Positions 8,614 through 16,028 of a DNA stretch of 32,000 nucleotides are shown piece after piece. The notes under the pieces are model-generated. The model was not told the DNA's origin. It saw only the letters and a program-made list of their open reading frames with translations, and did no database searches. The first letter of the stretch is position 1, and each line of letters starts with the position of its first letter. The position numbers were made by a program, and so were the translations under genes. The DNA is from an uncultured archaeon (GTDB lineage Archaea > Asgardarchaeota > Thorarchaeia > Thorarchaeales > CAZPUN01), in contig CAZPUN010000017.1 of assembly GCA_964589775.1 (NCBI GenBank), positions 1 through 32,000 of the forward strand. The letters are read 5' to 3'.

Positions 8614-9348
8614 ATGGTATTTACCGAAAAAATAACAAATGATGTATATATGATTGGAGATTATGTACAGAATATGAATCTTTCAATCAATGTATATTTA
8701 ATTAATGAAAAATACCCAACGTTAATTGATGCTGGGTCTCTTTCAGTCATCCCACAAATAAAAGAAGAAATTGAAAAAATTATACCCCTTAAGGATATAA
8801 AATACATATTTCTCACCCATGAACACCCAGATCATATAGGAGGGCTACCTGAATTAATTTCGGATGCATACGATGCAAAAATCATTGCAAGCAAGCATAT
8901 TGAAGTTCATTTAGGATTTATGGGAATTGCAGGTAGGATAATTTCAGTCTCAGGCGGAGAAACATTTGATATTGGAAATGATACAATAAAAATATATTAC
9001 ACACCAATTGAAACACTTGGCACTATTTCATTTTATTTAGAAAACCGAAAAATATTATTTAGTGGGGATTACTTTGGACAAATTGAAAAAGAATTCACAC
9101 CACGGGTAAATGTTCCAACTAATGAATTAATTAATCAAATAATTGCGTTCCATGATGGGTTAGGATATAAAACATCAGACATAAAGAAATATTTAGGACC
9201 ATTTTTAAAAACACAAGTAAAAATAATTGCCCCGGGACATGGTTCAGTAATAACAAATGATATTGAACAGATAATGAAAACGACTATTAATGCTAAATTA
9301 AAAGGTAGTGAAAAGGGAGGACTTTGGAAAAAACTATTTGGAAGATAA
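8614..9348 (+). CDS. Stand-alone metallo-beta-lactamase-fold protein, FprA/ODP-like, with an amphipathic C-terminal tail
   Basis: DVYMIG...NVYLI...LIDAG, THEHPDH, LFSGD, IAPGHG; no flavodoxin domain; ends KGGLWKKLFGR. Confidence 0.8.
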   Translation: MVFTEKITNDVYMIGDYVQNMNLSINVYLINEKYPTLIDAGSLSVIPQIKEEIEKIIPLKDIKYIFLTHEHPDHIGGLPELISDAYDAKIIASKHIEVHLGFMGIAGRIISVSGGETFDIGNDTIKIYYTPIETLGTISFYLENRKILFSGDYFGQIEKEFTPRVNVPTNELINQIIAFHDGLGYKTSDIKKYLGPFLKTQVKIIAPGHGSVITNDIEQIMKTTINAKLKGSEKGGLWKKLFGR

Positions 9349-9472
9349 AGTTTTTCATTCCATTACAATTTTTTATTTATTTGTTCGAAACCGCTACACT
9401 TATAAACGTCTAAAGATTCAATTGTAAAATGAACTAATTCTTACTTTAATAATCAATTTGGAGAGTAACTAT

Positions 9473-10108
9473 ATGGCTTATCCTAGGTCTATGGAACTAA
9501 AAACAGGAACCACCACTGTTGGAATCACAACAAAAGATAGTGTGGTATTAGCCTCAGATTCAAGAGCTACAATGGGCTATTTTATAGCAAATAAAACAGC
9601 GAAGAAGATCTTTAAAATTGATGATCATATTGGTGCAACCATTGCAGGTTCTGTTGCAGATGCACAGACAATTATGGATATTCTAAAAGCAGAAACTAAA
9701 TTATATAAATTGAAAAACGGAAAAGCAATGAAAATAAAATCCGTTGCAAGATTATTATCAAATATCTTATTTAACGCAAGGGTCTATCCATATATGCTAC
9801 AAACAATTGTTGGCGGAATTGATGATACAGGTCCGCATGTATATTCATTAGACCCACTTGGTAGCGTAATGCCAGAAACATATGTTTCAACTGGCTCTGG
9901 TTCTCCAGTTGCGTATGGTGTCTTAGAATCAGAATATAGAGAAGATCTTACAATAGACGAAGCCGTTGAAATTGCTGTAAAAGCAGTACATTCGGCTTTA
10001 GAAAGAGATGCCGCAACTGGAAATACAATTCATGCAGTTATTATTACGAAAGAAGAGGGCTATCAGGAAGTGCCCCAAGAAAAAATTGAGAAAATTAGAC
10101 AAAAGTAA
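9473..10108 (+). CDS. psmB: Proteasome subunit beta
   Basis: Short propeptide then KTG/TTTVG with catalytic Thr1, DSRAT, AGSVADAQ, TGSGS, ERDAATG. Confidence 0.98.
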   Translation: MAYPRSMELKTGTTTVGITTKDSVVLASDSRATMGYFIANKTAKKIFKIDDHIGATIAGSVADAQTIMDILKAETKLYKLKNGKAMKIKSVARLLSNILFNARVYPYMLQTIVGGIDDTGPHVYSLDPLGSVMPETYVSTGSGSPVAYGVLESEYREDLTIDEAVEIAVKAVHSALERDAATGNTIHAVIITKEEGYQEVPQEKIEKIRQK

Positions 10109-10232
10109 GAATTAGTTCATTTTAAATTCCTCCTTTTTGGAGGTTTATTTGATATCTCTTTTCAATAGATATCTAATCTAACAATAAAAGTCGTATATAA
10201 TAAATCATTATCAAATTCTGTGGTGTCAAACC

Positions 10233-12140
10233 ATGCCAAGCTATGACACATTAAACGAAATTAAGGAACAAATAATTAAAGAACTTCCAGCAAATGCCGA
10301 AATAACCGAAGTTGAATTTGAAGGGCCAGAAATCGCAATATATTCAAAAAACCCAAGAATTCTTATTGATGATGGCGAGCCCGTAAAAGCATTGGCTAGA
10401 AAGATCCGAAAGCGAATTGTAATTAGATCCGCGCCTGAAGTACGAAAGGATAAGGAAGAAGTTAAAAAAATAATTTTGGAATTAGTACCTCCGGAAGCTG
10501 AACCTACAAATATTGTTTTTGACGATAGTCGCGGAGAAGTAATAATAGAAGCCCAAAAACCAGGTCTTGTAATTGGGCGTGGGGGAACAACACTAAAGGA
10601 AATAACAAAACAAACATTGTGGAGACCCACAGTAAATAGGACACCCCCCTTAAAATCAAAGCTAATAGATCAAATCAGAGCAATTATAAATAATGAAAGT
10701 AAAACTCGCCGCCAAATATTAAAACGCGCGGGAGTAAGAATACATAGACAAGTTTTAATTAAAGATAGTTGGGTCAGAGTTACCGCACTTGGAGGATTTA
10801 GAGAGGTAGGACGAACTTCAATTTTAGTCCAAACTCCAGAAAGCAAAGTTCTAATTGATGTTGGTGTTAATGTAGGAAATCCTATGTCCTCATTTCCACA
10901 TTTAGATTTACCTGAAGCTAGCTTGGATACAATAGATGCGGTAATCGTAACCCACGCACATCTTGATCATTCAGGTATGGTGCCATATCTTTTCAAATAC
11001 GGTTATGATGGCCCAGTATATACAACAGCACCAACTCAAAATCTAATGACATTGTTACAATTAGATTATTTAGATATAGCAGAACGTGAAGGAAAACTAA
11101 GGCCGTATCGCGAAAAGGATGTTAAGGAAACAATTCTTCATACGATACCCTTAGAATATGGAGAAGTTACAGATATTGCACCAGATATTAGATTAACATT
11201 ACATAATGCGGGACATATTTTAGGCTCAGCAATAGTACATCTGCATATAGGTGATGGCAAATACAATATGGCATATACAGGAGACTTTAAGTTTGAAAGG
11301 ACACGATTGCTTGAACCCGCTGTAAGTCAATTCCCACGACTTGAAACACTAATTATGGAAAGCACATATGGTGCACCAAATGATAAAATGCCACCACGCG
11401 CAGAAACTGAAAAAAGACTCGCGCGTATAATAAGTGAAACATATGAAAAACGTGGCAAAGTTTTAATTCCAGTTCTTGCAGTAGGACGAGCACAAGAATT
11501 AATGATCGTTCTTGAAGACCTTATGAGTAAAAAGAAGATACCCGAAATTCCAATATACATCGAAGGTATGATTGCACAAGCTACTGCTATCCATACTGCA
11601 CACCCTGAATATTTGTCTAAGAAATTACGAGACCAAATATTCCATCAAGGATATAATCCATTTTTGTCAGAAGTCTTTGTGCAAGTAGAAAGCCCAGATC
11701 AAAGACCAGAAATCGTAGAAGGCGAACCAGCCATAATTATGGCAACATCCGGTATGTTATCAGGCGGTCCGTCAGTTGAATACTTCAAAATGATGGCTCC
11801 AGATCCAAGAAACACACTAATATTTGTATCATATCAAGTTGAAGGATCATTAGGACGACGAATACAGAGAGGCTGGAAAGAAGTACAATTTATCGATAAG
11901 GAAAGTAGAGTACAAGTAATAAATGTAAAAATGCAAACTCACACACTAGAAGGATTTTCAGGACATTCAGATAGAAAACAACTTTTGAATTACATTAAGA
12001 AACTTCAACCAAAACCAGAAAAAATACTCACATGCCATGGAGAAGCATCAAAAGCTATAAACTTAGCAGCAACAATTCATAGAACACATAACATAGATAC
12101 AAGAGCACCATTCAATATAGAAACAATCAGATTAAGATAA
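10233..12140 (+). CDS. fttA: aCPSF1 / FttA beta-CASP ribonuclease with KH domains (transcription termination factor)
   Basis: FEGPEI, KPGLVIGRGG (KH), LGGFREVGR, THAHLDH, NAGHILGS, MESTYG, GFSGHSD, HGE; conserved position after psmB. Confidence 0.97.
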   Translation: MPSYDTLNEIKEQIIKELPANAEITEVEFEGPEIAIYSKNPRILIDDGEPVKALARKIRKRIVIRSAPEVRKDKEEVKKIILELVPPEAEPTNIVFDDSRGEVIIEAQKPGLVIGRGGTTLKEITKQTLWRPTVNRTPPLKSKLIDQIRAIINNESKTRRQILKRAGVRIHRQVLIKDSWVRVTALGGFREVGRTSILVQTPESKVLIDVGVNVGNPMSSFPHLDLPEASLDTIDAVIVTHAHLDHSGMVPYLFKYGYDGPVYTTAPTQNLMTLLQLDYLDIAEREGKLRPYREKDVKETILHTIPLEYGEVTDIAPDIRLTLHNAGHILGSAIVHLHIGDGKYNMAYTGDFKFERTRLLEPAVSQFPRLETLIMESTYGAPNDKMPPRAETEKRLARIISETYEKRGKVLIPVLAVGRAQELMIVLEDLMSKKKIPEIPIYIEGMIAQATAIHTAHPEYLSKKLRDQIFHQGYNPFLSEVFVQVESPDQRPEIVEGEPAIIMATSGMLSGGPSVEYFKMMAPDPRNTLIFVSYQVEGSLGRRIQRGWKEVQFIDKESRVQVINVKMQTHTLEGFSGHSDRKQLLNYIKKLQPKPEKILTCHGEASKAINLAATIHRTHNIDTRAPFNIETIRLR

Positions 12141-12190
12141 ATTATCAAATATTTCTTTTTCTCCTTTTCTAAAATAAAAAGAATGAAAAA

Positions 12191-12610
12191 TTAAGATGAT
12201 GCAATTTTTACATATCTGGGAGTGACTACAATATAGTCTTTCCCAATTAAAGCCATTTCAGATTGAATGCCGCGAGTTTCACCACGGAGGCGCTCTACAA
12301 CACGCCTTAGTTCAAGGCGAGATTGTTCGCGACCATCATTAAATTTAGAGATATCAAGTAAAATTATATTTCCACGATCAAGTTCTTCTACAATAAAGGG
12401 AACATCCGCCAGTCCAGTTAATTTGTGAGGTTTTATGTAGATCGAGTTTGAAGACATATTCATTTCGGAGGGCTTAACAGAGCGTGAAATAGGTTTCTCC
12501 TCGGGTTCATATAGTCCAAGCTGCTCAATGATTTCTTCAGCATCAATTTCAGATAATGGTTCATTATATGGAGAGCGCTTATTTTTTGATCTACCTCTTA
12601 AGAACGGCAT
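12191..12610 (-). CDS. sepF: Cell division protein SepF (archaeal type)
   Basis: Short basic/hydrophobic N-terminus, linker, core ELDRGNIILLDIS...LRRVVERLR...IGKDYIVVTP; downstream of a PUA-domain gene as in many archaea. Confidence 0.88.
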   Translation of the reverse strand: MPFLRGRSKNKRSPYNEPLSEIDAEEIIEQLGLYEPEEKPISRSVKPSEMNMSSNSIYIKPHKLTGLADVPFIVEELDRGNIILLDISKFNDGREQSRLELRRVVERLRGETRGIQSEMALIGKDYIVVTPRYVKIASS

Positions 12611-12672
12611 TCTAACTCATCTCCAAAGATATACAAAAAAATATAATGAAAAATACAATACAAAACCTTGTA

Positions 12673-13179
12673 TTACATAGTAGTATAATTCCAAATTTTA
12701 TCACTCACATAATGGAGACTCTTAATTGCCTTTCCTTTATGAACTTCTAAAATCTCATTAGGCTTCATAATCAAATAACCAATGGCTAATGGTTTTCCAT
12801 GCGTTTCATCCACGATAACTACAAGATCATCAACATCCAAATCAGTATCGACCTTACGTATACCCGGTGCCATAATGTCTGCACCTCTAGCAACGTACCG
12901 AACTGCACCCATATCAACAACAACCTGAGGAAGAGAAAATATATTTTTCAATATGCCGTGGAGAGATGGAACAAGACGTCCCTCAGTTTCGAATAGAATT
13001 ATTTTTCCATCTTTTAAATAAAAGCGCTCGCCAGTATTCGAAATGGCTTCTTCAATTTTGTCTTTTATGTTAAATGAAACAATTGTAAGTCCACGAATAT
13101 TATTTAATTGTTTCAATAAAGATTTCTTAGAGGAATTATTCATAAAGTGCCTTCGTTTAAGTTTGAAACTTGAGGACAT
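12673..13179 (-). CDS. DUF1947/PUA-domain RNA-binding protein (MCT-1/Tma20-like)
   Basis: VVVDMGAVRYVARGADIMAPGI, DETHGKPLAIG, KGKAIKSLHYVSDKIW. Confidence 0.93.
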   Translation of the reverse strand: MSSSFKLKRRHFMNNSSKKSLLKQLNNIRGLTIVSFNIKDKIEEAISNTGERFYLKDGKIILFETEGRLVPSLHGILKNIFSLPQVVVDMGAVRYVARGADIMAPGIRKVDTDLDVDDLVVIVDETHGKPLAIGYLIMKPNEILEVHKGKAIKSLHYVSDKIWNYTTM

Positions 13180-13303
13180 TTTGGTTCAACCAATTCATTT
13201 TTATAATTAATGCAATATAACAATGTTTAAATATGCTGTGTAAGAAGCAGTCTATGATTCCAATACATAAGCGGTGTTGTATGAAACACAGAAAGGGTCT
13301 ACT

Positions 13304-13555
13304 ATGAACGCAGGCAAACCTATGGACCTACTTACTAAAGCTTTAGGCTCCCTTGTACTCGTAGAGTTAAAGGGAAAAAGGAAGATTAGAGGTCGATTAA
13401 TGGGCTTTGACCAGCATCTAAATCTGGTGCTCGTCGAAGCAGAAGAATTTGATGAAGAAAATAATGAATCTGTTCAACTCAATACTGTAATAGTACGTGG
13501 TGATAATGTAATTCTAGTATCACCACCACCAGAAGGAAAAAGTGAGGGAAAATAA
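13304..13555 (+). CDS. Sm-like archaeal protein (SmAP/Lsm)
   Basis: Sm1 motif GRLMGFDQHLNLVL and Sm2 motif IVRGDNV; adjacent to rpl37e. Start could be further upstream (13274). Confidence 0.95.
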   Translation: MNAGKPMDLLTKALGSLVLVELKGKRKIRGRLMGFDQHLNLVLVEAEEFDEENNESVQLNTVIVRGDNVILVSPPPEGKSEGK

Positions 13556-13741
13556 GTGACAAAAGGAACACCATCCATGGGTAAAAAGAATAAGAAGACA
13601 CACATTCGTTGCAGACGTTGTGGTCGTAGAGCATATCATGTTCAAAAAAGAAGATGTGCCGCTTGTGGCTTTGGTAGCAGCAAAAGAATAAGGCAATATA
13701 ATTGGGCAAGTAAAAAAGTATACGGAAAACGTATAAAATAG
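13556..13741 (+). CDS. rpl37e: 50S ribosomal protein eL37
   Basis: [10 protein letters not shown]...[14 protein letters not shown]...CAACGFG. Confidence 0.98.
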   Translation: MTKGTPSMGKKNKKTHIRCRRCGRRAYHVQKRRCAACGFGSSKRIRQYNWASKKVYGKRIK

Positions 13742-13863
13742 TAAAATATGAAATTAGGCGCCATAAAGCTGCTAAAAGCAAAAACTGAGCGCCTAAATCA
13801 AAAATTCCCTAAAAAGAAAGAGTTAAATTAGAATCATGCAAATGAATAAAACAGACAAAATGT

Positions 13864-13960
13864 GGGCCGGTAGATCAGTGGTAGATCGCTGCCTTGGCAT
13901 GGCAGAGGCCGGGGGTTCGAAAGTAATAAGAAATTACCGAAAAACCCCCCCGGTCCACCA
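13864..13960 (+). tRNA. tRNA-Ala(GGC) with a 22-nt intron in the T-loop (position 59/60; 13922-13943)
   Basis: Acceptor GGGCCGG/CCGGTCC with G3:U70; anticodon arm CTGCC-TTGGCAT-GGCAG; encoded CCA. Strict BHB: GGGGG-TTCG-AAA-GTAAT...ATTAC-CGAA-AAA-CCCCC. Confidence 0.95.
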
Positions 13961-14123
13961 ATAATACTACTTTTCAAACATTTAAAAATTCATCAAAAAT
14001 AACTATGTATGTAACCTAACAAAAATTAAACATGATAAAACATAAACAACCGCCACTTTTATAACTAATCTGTACCGTTAAAAATTCAGTAATGAATTAA
14101 CGTAATTATTTGGTGAACTAGAG

Positions 14124-14651
14124 ATGTCATTAGCAATCTGGTGGAAACGAGGAAGCAAACCTGGACTCATACTAATATTTATTGGGTTATCAGGATTAGT
14201 ACATATACCAGTCCTATATGTCGCTCAAACATATCTAAAATTACTGAGCATCGAAGTGCAACTATTAGTAACTATTGGATCAATTTTAGTTCTTGCTGCT
14301 GCTTTTGTACTAATGGCAGAAGCAATGTATAGATGGAACGCTAGACAAATGAAAAAGAAAAGAAAGAAGAGACAAGTACATATTCCAATATATTCACAAT
14401 TAAAAGATTTCTCAACAAAAATAATTAGAGCACATCAAGATATGCCAGCATTAGTAGGCGCACTATTAATTACATTAATATTCTGGGGCATTTCAATAGC
14501 ACCACTAGGTTATGGTCTAGCTACATTAACACCACCACAATTAGCACATGTTGCAATATTAGACCCAATTTTCAAATTCCCGTTAATGGTAAATATTGCA
14601 TCAATTACAGCGATAATTATTGCAACATTACTCAATGAGAAGGTCAAATAA
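14124..14651 (+). CDS. Hypothetical integral membrane protein (about 4 TM segments)
   Basis: GGTGA Shine-Dalgarno; four hydrophobic stretches, with a KKKRKKR basic loop after the second. Confidence 0.75.
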   Translation: MSLAIWWKRGSKPGLILIFIGLSGLVHIPVLYVAQTYLKLLSIEVQLLVTIGSILVLAAAFVLMAEAMYRWNARQMKKKRKKRQVHIPIYSQLKDFSTKIIRAHQDMPALVGALLITLIFWGISIAPLGYGLATLTPPQLAHVAILDPIFKFPLMVNIASITAIIIATLLNEKVK

Positions 14652-14744
14652 TTGACCTGTCTATATTTTTATTTTAAAACAAAATACATAATCACAATTT
14701 AGTCTTATTTTGTAAAAATTATATTAGAAAACAAGTATATAGAA

Positions 14745-14839
14745 TGGTGCCGTCGGCCGGATTTGAACCAGCGGCAACGGGATCTTCAGTCCCGCGTTTT
14801 CGGGAATAGCAAATTACTCCCGGGCTGAACTACGACGGC
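14745..14839 (-). tRNA. tRNA-Phe(GAA) with an 18-nt intron in the D-stem (position 22/23; 14799-14816)
   Basis: Acceptor GCCGTCG/CGACGGC; anticodon arm CGGGA-CTGAAGA-TCCCG; CCA. BHB-type CGGG-AGT-AAT...ATT-CCCG-AAA; splicing restores GTTC-AGCCCGGGA-GAAC. Confidence 0.93.
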
Positions 14840-14844
14840 AGTTG

Positions 14845-14922
14845 TGGTGGGTTGGGCCGGACTTGAACCAGCGATCTCCGCGTTGTCAACGCGGAATCAT
14901 AGCCGAGCTAGACCACCAACCC
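14845..14922 (-). tRNA. tRNA-Val(GAC), intronless
   Basis: GGGTTGG/CCAACCC acceptor; CCGCG-TTGACAA-CGCGG anticodon arm; GGTTCAAGTCC; CCA. Only 5 nt from tRNA-Phe, so probably dicistronic. Confidence 0.97.
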
Positions 14923-14944
14923 ATTACATTTTCATACGCTATTG

Positions 14945-14964
14945 CGAAACTTATTAAGATTTCG
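14945..14964 (-). promoter_or_regulatory. BRE/TATA promoter of the tRNA-Val/Phe transcript
   Basis: Minus strand CGAAAT-CTTAATAAG about 30 nt upstream of mature tRNA-Val; the element is nearly palindromic. Confidence 0.5.
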
Positions 14965-15046
14965 ATTTGGAAATTCAATATAATGTGATAGATAGGTGAT
15001 TCTTTTTGTTATAAATATAGCGGGCGCCTTAATAAGGAAGAAGGAA

Positions 15047-15415
15047 TTATGCATATACTTGCGGTAAAGTATTTTGCAATTCCAATCTTCCAGGTACCAT
15101 TGGCGCAAATGCTGAAATTTCCTGTAGTATCTCTGCAAATGTGGATTCTATAAATCCAGATTGTTCATGCCAAGGTATGTTCGGATTCGCAATGTCATTC
15201 CATGAGACTTCAATTTCAAACGTTAATGGCATTCCCCGAACAGGAACACCAACGGCATAAAGATGAATTCTGCGTATGAGATCATTACTATCCTTAAATG
15301 GACCTGAGAATCGCTCAATATTATATACAACTATTTTTGCATTACGTGCAAATTCCTTGAAATCTTCAATATTTTCCAACATAATTGGAGGTATATAGAC
15401 TGGCTCTTTTTCCAT
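15047..15415 (-). CDS. Hypothetical protein
   Basis: Open frame with GGAGTGAT Shine-Dalgarno before ATG 15415 (alternative GTG at 15424); no family recognised. Confidence 0.75.
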   Translation of the reverse strand: MEKEPVYIPPIMLENIEDFKEFARNAKIVVYNIERFSGPFKDSNDLIRRIHLYAVGVPVRGMPLTFEIEVSWNDIANPNIPWHEQSGFIESTFAEILQEISAFAPMVPGRLELQNTLPQVYA

Positions 15416-15482
15416 TTTTATCACTCCATCACCCCTTTACTTCCAATGGAAGATCATTCCATTATTGCAAAGGGTTTTTGAA

Positions 15483-15538
15483 CAATATTGTAATCAATAT
15501 TGCATGTAATATTATAACAAATAAGTATATAAATATTT
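15483..15538. promoter_or_regulatory. Phased palindromic AATATT boxes (candidate operator array) in a divergent promoter region
   Basis: AATATT at 15484, 15496, 15508 and 15532 (12-bp phase); the first three extend to the 8-bp palindromes CAATATTG, CAATATTG and TAATATTA. Confidence 0.35.
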
Positions 15539-15568
15539 CTAGATATGAATAATTCAGGTGATTAAAGA

Positions 15569-15787
15569 ATGAGTTATGAATTGACAGAAACCCAAAAACA
15601 GATCATTGAAGCGCTAAAAAATGCCAAAAAGGAAGGCAAGATCGGAATGACAACTCGTGAAATTTCAGTCAAATTAGGAATAAATCGAGCGAAAATAAAC
15701 TTAAACTGCCATATATTAAAAGAGCGGAAAATTCTTTCATCACAAAAAGTAGGACATTCAACTCTTTGGTTTATTGTCCCAAGTTAA
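15569..15787 (+). CDS. Small stand-alone winged helix-turn-helix protein
   Basis: LTETQKQIIEAL...MTTREISVKLGINRAKINLNCHILKERKIL...KVGHSTLW; AGGTGA Shine-Dalgarno. Confidence 0.85.
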   Translation: MSYELTETQKQIIEALKNAKKEGKIGMTTREISVKLGINRAKINLNCHILKERKILSSQKVGHSTLWFIVPS

Positions 15788-15840
15788 AATTGCTAAAGAG
15801 TAATATTTTTAAGAAAAAACACCACTATTGGTGTAGAATT

Positions 15841-15917
15841 GCGCCCGTAGTATAGTCTGGCTAGTACCCCAGCCTGCCACGTTGGGAGCCCGGGTTCAAA
15901 TCCCGGCGGGCGCACCA
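15841..15917 (+). tRNA. tRNA-Gly(GCC), intronless
   Basis: GCGCCCG/CGGGCGC acceptor; CCAGC-CTGCCAC-GTTGG anticodon arm; GGTTCAAATCC; CCA. Confidence 0.97.
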
Positions 15918-15924
15918 TTTTAAT

Positions 15925-16028
15925 GCGGCTGTAGTCTAGTCAGTGGATTAGTTTTTAACCACCTAGATTGGCTAGGACGGAGGCCTTCCAAGCCTCTAAG
16001 CCGGGTTCAAATCCCGGCAGCCGCACCA
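15925..16028 (+). tRNA. tRNA-Gly(TCC) with a 27-nt intron in the D-loop (position 17/17a; 15942-15968)
   Basis: GCGGCTG/CAGCCGC acceptor; GAGGC-CTTCCAA-GCCTC anticodon arm; CCA. CTAG-TCA-GTGG...CCAC-CTAG-ATT motif; splicing gives D-loop AGTCTGGCTA, identical to the neighbouring tRNA-Gly(GCC). Confidence 0.94.

Noticed and set aside
15569-15787. Z-alpha (Z-DNA/Z-RNA-binding) similarity of the small wHTH (IN...LW spacing)
   Set aside because: The key Tyr and the wing prolines are absent; a generic wHTH is the simpler call.
14923-15840. Possible integrated element between tRNA-Val and tRNA-Gly
   Set aside because: No integrase and no duplicated tRNA 3' end; both flanking tRNAs point away from the segment.
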